Origin: an uncultured Desulfobacter sp.
GTDB lineage: Bacteria > Desulfobacterota > Desulfobacteria > Desulfobacterales > Desulfobacteraceae
Length of the DNA stretch: 64,000 bases
Direction of reading: 5' to 3'
Assembly: GCA_963665095.1 (NCBI GenBank)
Contig: OY762069.1
Location: 6,656,001-6,720,000 of the forward strand
Position numbers and translations under genes: made by a program
Shown here: positions 1 to 9,925 of the stretch, piece after piece
How the letters are laid out: each line of letters begins with the position of its first letter
Position numbering within the stretch: position 1 is the stretch's first letter
Notes under the pieces: generated by a model
What the model saw: the letters and a program-made list of their open reading frames with translations, nothing else
Told to the model about the DNA's origin: nothing
Database searches by the model: none

Positions 1-1438
1 CATCTGCTGTTGCAATCTGCCGTTGAATGGTTTCGGGTACCAGCCGGTAAGTTAAAATGTTTAATACCGGCCTTGTAACCAGTTCAAACTGTGGCCGGTT
101 TTGAATTTTTTCAGCAAAGGCTTTGGCCGTTTCAATACCGTGTTCAATCATCAGGGCATAACCCTTGGCACCCATGATTTTCAAGGAGGCATCCAGAATC
201 AGGGAGGCGGCCTCCCTTGACCCTTCAAGGGTTTTAATCCCTAAGTCCACAGACCCTTTGCGGTTCACATACCGGGAATGGTAGGCAATGGCAGAAAGGC
301 TTTCCGGATCCCTGAAATAGACCATGCCGGTTCCCATGGGCATGTAGAATTGTTTATGGCCGTCAATGGTGACGGAATCTGCCCGCTCAATGCCCTTTAA
401 AAGCGCTGCATACCGGTCCGACAACAGCACCGGGCCACCCCAGGCCGCATCCACATGGAAGTGGATCTTCTCCTTTTCGCAGATATCTGCCATGTCCGGC
501 AGGGGGTCAATGGCCCCTGTTTCAGTGGCACCGGCAATGCCCACAACCGCAGCAATTTTTGTCCCTTTTTCATGTTTCAGGGTGTTAATGGTTGCCCGCA
601 GTTTGTCCGTGTCAAGGGTATGATCCGCTGTAACATCCACGGCAATCACGTTTTTGCTGCCAATGCCTAAAATCCCACCAGCCTTTCTCAGGGAATAGTG
701 CCCCCTTCGTGAGACCAGTACCACGATTCGTTTAAGATCATGGGCATTCATGGCAGAGAACAGCCCGTCTTCTTCAATACTTGAAAAATCGTCTTTTGGG
801 GGAAGCAGCCGGTTTCTGGCGACCCACAAAGCCGTCATGTTGGCTGTGGTGCCCCCGGAGGTAAATGCGCCTAATGCTGTCGTGGTATTCTGAACGTGGG
901 ACTGGTAAAACTCATCATCCAGCCTGAAAACCAGCCGGTGGATTTTGGCCAGGACCTGTTTTTCAAGCACGGCCAGCACCTTGGATGTCTCCATTTTAAT
1001 GACATTCTGGTTCAGGGCCGCGGTAATGGCTTTAAGATGCACCATGAAAAAGGGCAAAGCACTTGTCATATGACCGATGAAAAACGGGGATGCCACATTC
1101 ACCGCTCTGGGTGCAATGTCTGTGATGATATCCTCTATAACCTGCGCCAGCCTTTTTTCAGGATGATCATTGATTTCAACGGTTTTAAAATTTTCAGCCA
1201 GTTCTGTCAGGCTGATCTCTTCGGTGACCCCTACATGTTTATTAAGGAAATCATGGAGACCAAACAGAATCTGCTCCATGTATTTCAGCAGGGTTTTTTT
1301 GCTGTTTTCATCTTCAGGACGGATAAATACACGATCCAGGGCCTTTCGGTCTGCGATCAGTTGTCGGGAGGGGGATAGGTTTTTTTTTAATTGCCGGGAC
1401 CGGGGAGTATTTTCAGGTGTTGAAAAGAAAGATGTCAT
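1..1438 (-). CDS. panP: Pyridoxal-dependent aspartate 1-decarboxylase (group II PLP decarboxylase); runs off the window start
   Basis: Absent from the ORF track; translated by hand from ATG at 1438 (MTSFFSTPE...LIADRKALDRVFIRPED). The minus strand carries GAFTSGGTTAN, FHVDAAWGG and DSVTIDGHKQFY (PLP lysine). Confidence 0.85.
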   Translation of the reverse strand, partial: MTSFFSTPENTPRSRQLKKNLSPSRQLIADRKALDRVFIRPEDENSKKTLLKYMEQILFGLHDFLNKHVGVTEEISLTELAENFKTVEINDHPEKRLAQVIEDIITDIAPRAVNVASPFFIGHMTSALPFFMVHLKAITAALNQNVIKMETSKVLAVLEKQVLAKIHRLVFRLDDEFYQSHVQNTTTALGAFTSGGTTANMTALWVARNRLLPPKDDFSSIEEDGLFSAMNAHDLKRIVVLVSRRGHYSLRKAGGILGIGSKNVIAVDVTADHTLDTDKLRATINTLKHEKGTKIAAVVGIAGATETGAIDPLPDMADICEKEKIHFHVDAAWGGPVLLSDRYAALLKGIERADSVTIDGHKQFYMPMGTGMVYFRDPESLSAIAYHSRYVNRKGSVDLGIKTLEGSREAASLILDASLKIMGAKGYALMIEHGIETAKAFAEKIQNRPQFELVTRPVLNILTYRLVPETIQRQIATAD

Positions 1439-1563
1439 ATTGAAAAGCGGTTTCCTTCAAAAGTAAATTCGTTAACCTTCCGGGCATAGACTTACCATGT
1501 TAAAATTACTTGAAAATCGCCTGAAAGTATGGCAGGTCTACCTTAAAACAAGGAGAAAATCAA

Positions 1564-1881
1564 ATGGAACTTAACGTCAATGATATTTTGACCCGGGTAA
1601 CCCGCTATAATCTGATTCGCAACGGCCGGATGATCTATATAGATCTTCATAAAAAAATTCAGGGGAACCTGGCAGGGGACTTTATTGCTGTGCCCAACCT
1701 GGTCAACATTATTGCTGAGCCCCGGCACCAGGGCGCTGGAAATTCCGAGGAAGAGGCGCTTGCAGACTGTCTGAAAAAGATCAAGGGGCTTAATCTGGAG
1801 GATCTGTTTCCGACAACTGCCTCTCAAAATACAGGTGGGGGGCCAGACAGCCGTCCAAAAGGAAACAGGACAGCTGACTGA
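1564..1881 (+). CDS. Hypothetical protein (105 aa)
   Basis: AAGGAG SD before ATG; fills the gap divergent from panP. Confidence 0.75.
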   Translation: MELNVNDILTRVTRYNLIRNGRMIYIDLHKKIQGNLAGDFIAVPNLVNIIAEPRHQGAGNSEEEALADCLKKIKGLNLEDLFPTTASQNTGGGPDSRPKGNRTAD

Positions 1882-1910
1882 TCTGGGTAATGAGTGCCGG
1901 GGAATAACCC

Positions 1911-2356
1911 ATGAATTTTAAAATCACTCAATTCGAAAACAGTCAACACCGCGACCAGGTGATACGCTTATGGAGAGATGTTTTTGGTTAGGAGGCATCG
2001 CATAACTCACCTGACATTGTGGTTGATAAAAAAGAGGCTGCAATGATGGTTTGTTTTTTGTTTCTGTGGATAATGACGAGGTTACCGGAACTGTCATGGC
2101 CGGCTATGATGGACACCGGGGCTGGATCTACGCCTTGGCAGTATCGCCTGCTTATCGGAAAAAAGGGGTGGGCTCAGCCCTGCTTACTTTTGCGGAAAAA
2201 AGGTTGTTTGACAAAGGCTGGATGAAAATCAACCTGCAGATTATAGAGGGTAATGAACCGGTTCTGGCTTTTTATCAGTCAAACGGATATCTCACTGAAA
2301 AGAGAATAAGCATAGGGAAGCGATTTCCGAACAATATTAAAACAAGGGGCATCTAA
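1911..2356 (+). pseudogene. Disrupted GNAT acetyltransferase (YpeA-like)
   Basis: ATG 1911 gives MNFKITQFENSQHRDQVIRLWRDVFG, then in-frame TAG at 1989-1991, then EASHNSPDIVVDKK. A frameshift near 2043 leads into NDGLFFVS...GTVMAGYDGHRGWIY...YRKKGVGSAL. Confidence 0.85.
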
Positions 2357-2357
2357 T

Positions 2358-3131
2358 ATGAAAATAGGAATCATGAACAACCCGTCAAAATCAGTCTATG
2401 ATGAAGCAGAATTCTGTGGCAAATCAGGGTATGATTTTTTAGATCTTACCATTGAAGGCCCTGAAGCCATCAACGTGGATGCCGCTGAATTAAAACCGAT
2501 TCTTGATGCCTATGAACTATCTGTTACGGGACATACCGATCCATGTCTCCCCTATGCGTATCCGATTCAGGGTGTCAGGGATGCCTGCTTTAAGGAACTG
2601 GAGCGGTGTGCAAGAATATTTTCCGATCTCGGGGCAAAGGTGATGAATATCCATCCCTGTTATTATTGCCCGCCGGCGATGAGAAACAGTCTGGTTTCCT
2701 TTCAGATAGAAGCGTTGCAACCCATTGCTGACATGGCTGCATCATACGGGCTTGCACTGGTGTTTGAAAACTATAAGGCACCTTTTGACAGGGTTTCCAC
2801 GATAAAACGTCTGCTGACTGATGTGCCGGGATTAGGCCTGCATCTTGATTTCGGACACACCAATTTCGGTATGGATAATTATGATGTTTTCTGTGGAGAA
2901 CTCGGGGAATATATCCGGCATGTTCACTTTTCCGATAACCGGTCCAGAAATGATGATCACATGCCCTTAGGGGTCGGGACCGTGAACTGGCAAAATGCAG
3001 TGGATTCATTAAAGGCAATTTCATACAACAGCACGATCACTCTGGAAATTTTTTGCAATGATCCGGATATGCAACACAGATATCTGGATTTGAGCCGGAC
3101 TATGGTTCGGGAACTGTGGGGGGTGTCTTAA
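2358..3131 (+). CDS. Sugar phosphate isomerase/epimerase family (xylose-isomerase-like TIM barrel)
   Basis: Metal motifs FEN, LDFGH, HVHFSDN, DDHMPLG and TLE. Confidence 0.85.
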   Translation: MKIGIMNNPSKSVYDEAEFCGKSGYDFLDLTIEGPEAINVDAAELKPILDAYELSVTGHTDPCLPYAYPIQGVRDACFKELERCARIFSDLGAKVMNIHPCYYCPPAMRNSLVSFQIEALQPIADMAASYGLALVFENYKAPFDRVSTIKRLLTDVPGLGLHLDFGHTNFGMDNYDVFCGELGEYIRHVHFSDNRSRNDDHMPLGVGTVNWQNAVDSLKAISYNSTITLEIFCNDPDMQHRYLDLSRTMVRELWGVS

Positions 3132-3237
3132 GTTTTTAGCGTGTATGCCGGATAGCGTTCCAGGCTGGCGAAACCTGCGATGATTTTTGGTTCCCAACAG
3201 GCATAATATAGCCAGCCTGATTTTATTTTTCTTTCCT

Positions 3238-3278
3238 TGACAAAAAGTTGTTTTTTGTCTTAATCCTGACAAAAAGTT
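3238..3278 (+). promoter_or_regulatory. Repeated TGACAAAAAGTT site with a palindrome
   Basis: TGACAAAAAGTT at 3238 and 3267; GACAAAAA-n5-TTTTTGTC inverted repeat at 3239-3259; overlaps a TTGACA. Confidence 0.45.
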
Positions 3279-3566
3279 TATCCTGTATTGAAGCAATGGT
3301 TCAGTTTTAATTCCCGCAGTTCAGCGTTGGAGCCGGTTTCTGACGTGCGGTAAAAAAATGTGCATGAAATGCGTGGAAACACCATGTCAAACCACCGGAT
3401 CTTCAATTAAAAGGAGGGGGCGATGGGATGAAAATCGTCGCCAAGGCGCGGGTGTCGTCCGGCACTGTTGCCCAGGATTAAATCCAAAGGATTATGGTCC
3501 CCCTCTTACCGTGTGGCCGCAGGATATAGCCAGATTACAGGTAACCCAATGACATAGAAAGGAAAA

Positions 3567-4757
3567 ATGATGAAAGAACTTGGCATTAAATTGGGATTGG
3601 TCATGATGATTGCAGCCCTGACTTTATGTCTTACTGCTCCCCCTGCCTCAGCCCTGTTTGGCGGCGGCAAGGTTGAACATTTTACTGCCGACAATGTGGT
3701 GATTGATCCATCCGGCAAGGTGTTGAATACCAGCAAAATTTATGTATCCAAAGATGTCATGAGAATAGACGGCCTTGGGGGAATGATGGCCATGGGAATG
3801 GGCGGCAAGGCCGCCCCGGATATCTCCGTCCTTGTATTTAAAAATCAGGGAAAGCTTTACTATTACAACCATGGCAAGAAACTGGTGTTTGAGGACACTA
3901 TGGGCAAAGAAGATCTGCTGCCGGGGTACGAAGCCATGGGTAATGTAGAGTCAGAAAAGGTGGTTGGCCAGGAAAAAGTTTCCGGATACAAATGTACCAA
4001 AAAAGAGATCGTGATCGACTCCAATATGATGGGGATGAACCAGAAGAACACCCTGACCGTCTGGGAGAGCGACCGCTTTGAATCTCCTTTGCGCACTATT
4101 ACTGACGACGGAGCCATTAATGAGCTTCGTAACATAAAGGAGGGCAAACCCCCTGCAAAATATTTAAGGCTGTTGCCCGGATATAAAAAAGTCGGGAACA
4201 TGATGGCGGTTTTAGGTCTGGATTTTGGTGCCATGATGGATCAGGACAAAGATGACAGTGCCCAGAAGAAGACAGGCGGCCAGGCATCAAATCAGCAGGA
4301 CATGCAAAATATGAATGTCAAGGATGTCATGGCCCAGATGAGTCAGGCCATGGGTGATCAGATGGACCCCGAAGAAAAAAAGCAGCTGATGGCTATCATG
4401 GCCAATGCCATGAACCAGGCCAAGAATACAAAAGAGGGAGCCGGTGCTGCAAAACAGATCTGGCAGTTCATTCCCCAGCGGCAGGGAGATAAAATAGGCT
4501 CTGAACTGAAAACCACAAATGTACTGACAGTGACCATGGGAACCAAGGCAGACCTGATGTCTGTGTTCACTTTTTATAAGACAAAGCTGGCCTCCAAGGG
4601 GTGGCGGGACCAGGGGATGTTTCTGCAGAGCGGGCAAGGGCATTTGAGCATGTCAAAGGGGGATATGACGCTCAGTGTCTCTTCGGCTGACAACCCCGGA
4701 ATACAGGGCAGTTATGCTAACTTTTATATGATGCAGCTGACCGGCCCCAATTTATAG
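3567..4757 (+). CDS. Exported protein with a DUF4412-like N-terminal domain
   Basis: Signal peptide (..PPASA/LF); EKVVGQEKVSGYKCTK motif; Met/Gln-rich linker. Confidence 0.75.
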   Translation: MMKELGIKLGLVMMIAALTLCLTAPPASALFGGGKVEHFTADNVVIDPSGKVLNTSKIYVSKDVMRIDGLGGMMAMGMGGKAAPDISVLVFKNQGKLYYYNHGKKLVFEDTMGKEDLLPGYEAMGNVESEKVVGQEKVSGYKCTKKEIVIDSNMMGMNQKNTLTVWESDRFESPLRTITDDGAINELRNIKEGKPPAKYLRLLPGYKKVGNMMAVLGLDFGAMMDQDKDDSAQKKTGGQASNQQDMQNMNVKDVMAQMSQAMGDQMDPEEKKQLMAIMANAMNQAKNTKEGAGAAKQIWQFIPQRQGDKIGSELKTTNVLTVTMGTKADLMSVFTFYKTKLASKGWRDQGMFLQSGQGHLSMSKGDMTLSVSSADNPGIQGSYANFYMMQLTGPNL

Positions 4758-4773
4758 CCGTATAACACAAAAT

Positions 4774-4813
4774 CCCGGTTTGCTGCAGGCAGCTAGTTCT
4801 GCAGCAAACCGGG
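4774..4813. terminator. Hairpin between convergent genes
   Basis: CCCGGTTTGCTGCAG ... CTGCAGCAAACCGGG, a 15-bp inverted repeat. Confidence 0.75.
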
Positions 4814-4853
4814 GTGTCAGATGCTGTGTTCTGTTACTTGCGTTGAGGAAAGG

Positions 4854-5405
4854 TCAGGCCAGTCCGGTCTTTCCCATCTCAAATCCCAGATCCAGGGCTT
4901 TTTTATTCATATCCATAAAGTCTTTGGGGATGGTGGTTTCAAGCACCTTCATGATGGATTCCGGCTTGACCAGTCCGGACAGGCCGATAAGCGAGCCCAG
5001 CATACAGATGTTGAATACAATGGGGTTGCCGATATGTTTCATGACGGCGTCATACATGGGCAAGGAAACATGCCAGGCCGCCACTTTTTTCTCAACATCC
5101 ACATAGCGTGAATCCACAAGCAGCAGGCCCCCCGGCCGCAACACAGGTGAAAATTTATTGTAGCTCTCCTGGGTAAGGCTGATCAGGATATTGGGCTGGA
5201 TCACCTTGGGAAACAGGATTTCATCGTCTGAAATCAATACATCGCTGCGGGTGGATCCGCCCCTGGCAGCTGCCCCGTAACTCTGGGACTGGGTGGCATT
5301 TTTTCCTTCATAAATGGCTGCGGCCTTGGCAAGGATAATGGCTGCGGTGATCACGCCCTGGCCGCCTGAACCTGAAAAAACCAGTCTGGAACGTTCCGTT
5401 TCCAT
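4854..5405 (-). CDS. korC: 2-oxoacid:ferredoxin oxidoreductase gamma subunit
   Basis: FSGSGGQGV and QSQSYGAAARGG; operon context. Confidence 0.9.
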   Translation of the reverse strand: METERSRLVFSGSGGQGVITAAIILAKAAAIYEGKNATQSQSYGAAARGGSTRSDVLISDDEILFPKVIQPNILISLTQESYNKFSPVLRPGGLLLVDSRYVDVEKKVAAWHVSLPMYDAVMKHIGNPIVFNICMLGSLIGLSGLVKPESIMKVLETTIPKDFMDMNKKALDLGFEMGKTGLA

Positions 5406-6232
5406 TATGCTTTTCCTTTCATTGCTGTCTTGATTACCTGTTCATAGGCTTCGCAGTATTCAGGCCGTTGTGTATCTTCAATAAAAATCCCGCGCTGGAT
5501 CAGGTTGGGATTGGACTCCAGCTTTTTAGAACCGATTTTAACGGTAAAGTCTTTAAAGCCTTCCATCATTTTGGCGGCACCGCCCTCCTTGTTTTTCCTG
5601 CCGTAATAGGTGGGACACTGGGACATGATCTCCACAGCGGAAAAGCCCTTGTGCATAATGGCTTTTTTCAGGATTTCCTTGGCTTCAACAGCATGGAAGG
5701 TTGTGGAACGGGCAACAAACGATGCCCCGGCTGCCCTGGCCAGTTCCACCACGTCGAAATCATTGTCAATGGTTCCGTAAGGGGCTGTGGTGGCTTTTTT
5801 GTCCGGGCCGGACAAGGGTGAAAACTGTCCCCCGGTCATGCCGTAGATCTTGTTGTTCATGACAATGGCGGTGATATCAATGTTTCTGCGCGCCGCATGG
5901 ATAAAATGGTTCCCGCCAATGGCCAAGGCATCACCGTCACCCATGGGCACAATGATTTTAAGTTTGGGTTTGGACAGCTTTACGCCGGTGGCAAAGGCAA
6001 GGGCCCTGCCGTGGATGGTATGCAGGGAGTGGAAATCCACATATCCGGAGATGCGCGAGGAACACCCAATGCCGGACACCATGACCATCTCGTTTTTATC
6101 CAGTCCCAGTTCATGAACCGCCCGCAACAGGGTACTTAACACAATACCGTGCCCGCATCCCGGACACCACATATGGGGGAAATATCTGCCCCGGACATAA
6201 TCTTTGAAGTCAAATGGTTGATTGGTGCTCAT
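5405..6232 (-). CDS. korB: 2-oxoacid:ferredoxin oxidoreductase beta subunit
   Basis: WCPGCGHG, SGIGCSS, TPP motif GDGDALAIGGNH...NN, YGMTGGQFSP. Confidence 0.93.
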   Translation of the reverse strand: MSTNQPFDFKDYVRGRYFPHMWCPGCGHGIVLSTLLRAVHELGLDKNEMVMVSGIGCSSRISGYVDFHSLHTIHGRALAFATGVKLSKPKLKIIVPMGDGDALAIGGNHFIHAARRNIDITAIVMNNKIYGMTGGQFSPLSGPDKKATTAPYGTIDNDFDVVELARAAGASFVARSTTFHAVEAKEILKKAIMHKGFSAVEIMSQCPTYYGRKNKEGGAAKMMEGFKDFTVKIGSKKLESNPNLIQRGIFIEDTQRPEYCEAYEQVIKTAMKGKA

Positions 6233-6233
6233 G

Positions 6234-7388
6234 TTAGACCCCCTTTCCCTGGATCATTCTCAATACAGTTTTGATATCACTGGGCGAAATGAGCTGGCCG
6301 TCAATGCGGTTAGCCAGAAAAACCTTTTCAGGGGCGTCCACTGCGGCTTTCACCTGGGTGATCACCTGGCCCATATTCATTTCCACCACCAGTACGGCCT
6401 TGGCATTGGCACATTTTTCCCGGACAACGGCCGCAGGGAACGGCCACAGGGTCTGCAGCTCCAGAACGCCTAATTTTTCTCCGCGTTTGCGCTTGTTCTT
6501 GGCAACATGCCTGGCTGAACGGGCGGAAGACCCGTAGGAGATGAGAACAACATCGGCATCCTCCAGGCAGAACTCCTTGTACATGCAGATGCTTTCCCAG
6601 TTATTTTCAATTTTATCCACCAGATGGTGTAAAAGGCCTGAAACTATTTTGGGGTCATTGCTGGGAAACCCCCACATGTCATGGAACAGGCCGGTGACAT
6701 TGTACCGGTGCTCTTCGCCAAAATCAGACATGGGCAGGCGCCCGTCTTCCCGGGGCAGATAGGGGTGATAGTCCACGCCTTTGGGTACTGAGGTCTGCAA
6801 CCGTCCCACCACAGGAATGTCACCCGGGTCCGGCAGGATCAGTTTTTCTCTCATGTGGCCGATCACTTCATCCAGAAGAAGGATCACAGGGGTTCTGTAG
6901 GTTTCAGCCAGGTTAAAGGCTTCCACGGTGATTTTAAACACATCCTGATGATTGGAGGCGGTCATGGCAATGATGGCATGGTCCCCGTGGGTGCCCCAGC
7001 GGGCCTGGTTCACATCCCCCTGGCTAACATGGGTGGGGTTGCCTGTGGACGGCCCGCCGCGCTGGACATTGGCAATGACGCAGGGAATTTCTGCCATACA
7101 GGCATAGCCTAAGGCTTCCTGCTTCAAAGAAAATCCCGGGCCTGAGGTGGCGGTCATAACCTTGTTGCCGGTGAGAGACGCCCCGATAATAGCGGCCATG
7201 GATGCGATTTCGTCTTCCATCTGGATGAATTTCCCACCGCTTTCCGGCAGTCTGCCGGCCAGATGTTCTGCAATTTCAGTGGACGGGGTAATGGGGTACC
7301 CTGCGAAAAAGTTAAGCCCTGCATACAGCGCTCCTTCGACACAGGCCTCGTTTCCCTGGACAAACATGATATTTGATGTGTTAGTCAT
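6234..7388 (-). CDS. korA: 2-oxoacid:ferredoxin oxidoreductase alpha subunit
   Basis: GYPITPSTE, QMEDEIAS, TATSGPG, QRGGPSTG. Confidence 0.93.
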   Translation of the reverse strand: MTNTSNIMFVQGNEACVEGALYAGLNFFAGYPITPSTEIAEHLAGRLPESGGKFIQMEDEIASMAAIIGASLTGNKVMTATSGPGFSLKQEALGYACMAEIPCVIANVQRGGPSTGNPTHVSQGDVNQARWGTHGDHAIIAMTASNHQDVFKITVEAFNLAETYRTPVILLLDEVIGHMREKLILPDPGDIPVVGRLQTSVPKGVDYHPYLPREDGRLPMSDFGEEHRYNVTGLFHDMWGFPSNDPKIVSGLLHHLVDKIENNWESICMYKEFCLEDADVVLISYGSSARSARHVAKNKRKRGEKLGVLELQTLWPFPAAVVREKCANAKAVLVVEMNMGQVITQVKAAVDAPEKVFLANRIDGQLISPSDIKTVLRMIQGKGV

Positions 7389-7602
7389 TTTCCCCTTCCT
7401 GATTTACTTTGATTTGAATTGCCAGATCCGGACACCGGAGTTCACACAGCATGCAGGCAATGCAATCTTCCGGCCGGACAGCCTCCACTTTGCCCCGGCT
7501 GTCCAGTTCAAGCACTTTTTTAGGGCAGAAATGAACGCAGATGCCGCATCCCTTGCACCACTCTTGATCTATTACATGTGTGACTGATTTACCTTTTCCC
7601 AT
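7381..7602 (-). CDS. korD: 2x[4Fe-4S] ferredoxin (delta subunit)
   Basis: CKGCGICVHFCP and CIACMLCELRCP. Confidence 0.9.
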   Translation of the reverse strand: MGKGKSVTHVIDQEWCKGCGICVHFCPKKVLELDSRGKVEAVRPEDCIACMLCELRCPDLAIQIKVNQEGEND

Positions 7603-8085
7603 AAAATATCCTCTTTTAATGCAGGTAAAATACCTCGAAACAAGGCCTTCCTTCAGGTGATTTGATTGGGTATGTCAAGGATAACTCTCATAAAATAAAC
7701 GAAGGCCATTATTTTTCATCTGCTAAGAAAAATCAAGGAAAAAAAGCAGGTTATGTAAGTATTCGCTTGTTTTTCATATATAACTGTTCTGAATTGTTGT
7801 AAAAGGTCTGACCTTTATCCCTGTATAAAAAATGATTGCGAAAATGATTAAGGCGATATGCCGCCGAATTGCCCGGGAAAGGCGTCCCATGAAAATAGGA
7901 CGGGTTACACGTTATCCTGATTCCGGAACACTGTTTTCTGCTTGACTTGCCTGTTTGATAGGGAATAAAAAGGTTTCTATCATATTGGAAAAAGTTTTTC
8001 AGTATGCTGCGTCCTTGAGTTTGAAAAACCGGTTGTTTGTTTTTATTATTTTACCGTCAGCCCTGGCTGCCCCTTGGGAGGAAAT

Positions 8086-9873
8086 ATGTCCTTTAAAGAT
8101 TATTCAAGTGTGTATCAGATGGTTCGTGAGACTGTGGAAAAGTATGCAGATCAACCTGCCTATCGCTGGTTTGAGCAGGATCATGTTGAAAAATCGGTTA
8201 CCTGGCGGCAGCACAACGACCGGGTAAAGCAGGTGGCAAAAAGTCTGATGGCCTTAGGGCTGGAAAAGGACGACAAGTTCAATATCATCAGTTACTCCTG
8301 TTACCCCTGGGTGTTGACGGATATGGCCGGTATGAGCATCGGTGCCGTGACCGTAGGCATTTACCAGTCCAACCTGCCTAAGGATTGCGAGTACATCATC
8401 AACCATTCCGACGCTGTGGTGATTTTTGCTGAAGACGATGCTCAGCTGGTCAAGCTGATGGAGATCAGGGATCAGATTCCCAATGTCAGAAAAGTGATAA
8501 TGTTTAATGGTGATGACGGGGAGGATGACTGGGTGATCTCTTATAAGACCTTTCTGGAACTTGGCAAAGATATCTCCGATGATGAGTTTGACCGGCGCAG
8601 CCAGGCTGTGACTGCCGATGATGCCGCCGGTATTATTTATACCTCCGGTACCACAGGCGTTCCCAAAGGTGCTGTACTTACCCATGACAATATCTGTTTT
8701 ACTGCCCAGTCGGTTTTCAGCTCCGCTGAATTTACTGACGGATGGGATATGTTTCTGTTTCTGCCCCTGGCCCATGTCTTTGCCAGAACCTGCGTGAATA
8801 CAGCCATTCTCACCGGCAACCGCACCACATTTGCCCGCAGCATAAAAACACTGCTTGAAGATTTCAAACTGGCAGCTCCCCACTGGTTTGTCAGTGTCCC
8901 CAGAATTTTTGAAAAAATTTATACCAAGGTGATCAGTGATGTGGAAGCCAAAGGGGGGGTCACGGAAAAAATATTTAACTGGGCCTGTAATGTGGGGTCT
9001 GAAATCAGTAAGCTCAAGGTAAAAAAACAGCCCATCCCCTTTGGGCTGAATCTCCAATATAAGCTGGCCAGGAAGCTGGTCTTCTCAAAAATTGACGAAG
9101 CCCTGGGCGGCAATGTCCAGTGGTGCATCTCCGGGGCTGCCCCTTTGAGCCCTGACATTGCCAGATTTTTCCATGCAGCAGGTCTTTTGATCCTGGAGGG
9201 CGTCGGCATGACCGAAGATACCTCGTTCAGCCATGTCAACCGGCCGGATAATTATGACTTCGGCGTTGTAGGCCCTCCCGGCCCCGGTGTGGAACATAAA
9301 CTTGATGATGATGGTGAAGTGCTTATTTACGGCCGCAATGTCATGAAAGAGTACTATAAAATGCCCGAGGAGACCTTTTATACATTTTCACCGGACGGAT
9401 GGCTCAAAACCGGGGATATCGGCGAAATTGACGGGAACAATGTCCTGAAAATCACGGGCCGTAAAAAAGACCTGATTATTACCTCCGGCGGCAAGAATAT
9501 CGCTCCGTCAGCCATCGAAGGCCTGATGTGCACCAGCAAATATCTCAACCAGATCTGTGTGGTGGGGGAAAAGCGCAAATACCTGAGCGCCATCGTGACC
9601 CTGGATGAGGAAAATATCAAAGCCTTTGCCCAGGAGCAGGGGATTGCCTACTCAGAGTATAAAGACCTTCTCACCAATGAGAAAGTTGTGGCGTTGATTA
9701 ATGAAGAGGTGGCAAAGAAAAACAAGGAGCTGCCCTCATTTGAAACCCTGAAGCGGGTGACTATTGTGCCGGAGTTCACCATTGACAATGAAATGATGAC
9801 ACCGACTTTTAAGATTAAGAAAAATATTATTATGGATCAGTATAAAGAAGAGATCGAAAAAATGTATGTTTAA
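8086..9873 (+). CDS. fadD: Long-chain fatty acid-CoA ligase (AMP-binding)
   Basis: YTSGTTGVPKG, LPLAH, WLKTGDIG, GRKKDLIITSGGKNI. Start moved to ATG 8086 after GGAGG. Confidence 0.9.
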   Translation: MSFKDYSSVYQMVRETVEKYADQPAYRWFEQDHVEKSVTWRQHNDRVKQVAKSLMALGLEKDDKFNIISYSCYPWVLTDMAGMSIGAVTVGIYQSNLPKDCEYIINHSDAVVIFAEDDAQLVKLMEIRDQIPNVRKVIMFNGDDGEDDWVISYKTFLELGKDISDDEFDRRSQAVTADDAAGIIYTSGTTGVPKGAVLTHDNICFTAQSVFSSAEFTDGWDMFLFLPLAHVFARTCVNTAILTGNRTTFARSIKTLLEDFKLAAPHWFVSVPRIFEKIYTKVISDVEAKGGVTEKIFNWACNVGSEISKLKVKKQPIPFGLNLQYKLARKLVFSKIDEALGGNVQWCISGAAPLSPDIARFFHAAGLLILEGVGMTEDTSFSHVNRPDNYDFGVVGPPGPGVEHKLDDDGEVLIYGRNVMKEYYKMPEETFYTFSPDGWLKTGDIGEIDGNNVLKITGRKKDLIITSGGKNIAPSAIEGLMCTSKYLNQICVVGEKRKYLSAIVTLDEENIKAFAQEQGIAYSEYKDLLTNEKVVALINEEVAKKNKELPSFETLKRVTIVPEFTIDNEMMTPTFKIKKNIIMDQYKEEIEKMYV

Positions 9874-9879
9874 TCACCC

Positions 9880-9904
9880 TGCGGCCGGATAGCTTCCGGC
9901 CGCA
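9880..9904 (+). terminator. Hairpin after fadD
   Basis: TGCGGCCGGA-tagct-TCCGGCCGCA; weak U-tract. Confidence 0.55.
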
Positions 9905-9925
9905 TTCTATGATATATCACAGCCC

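Noticed and set aside
366..1466. Plus-strand short ORFs
   Set aside because: Antisense to panP, which the track missed because its stop lies outside the window.
1989..1991. In-frame TAG as possible pyrrolysine recoding
   Set aside because: A frameshift follows shortly and no pyl genes are in the window; pseudogene is the simpler explanation.
3340..3545. Fragments resembling a c-di-GMP-I riboswitch (CAAACCACCGGATCT, ATAGCCAGATTAC)
   Set aside because: The core GGCAAAC..GAAA..GGACGCAAA is absent and the spacing is wrong; kept only as an unnamed structured leader.
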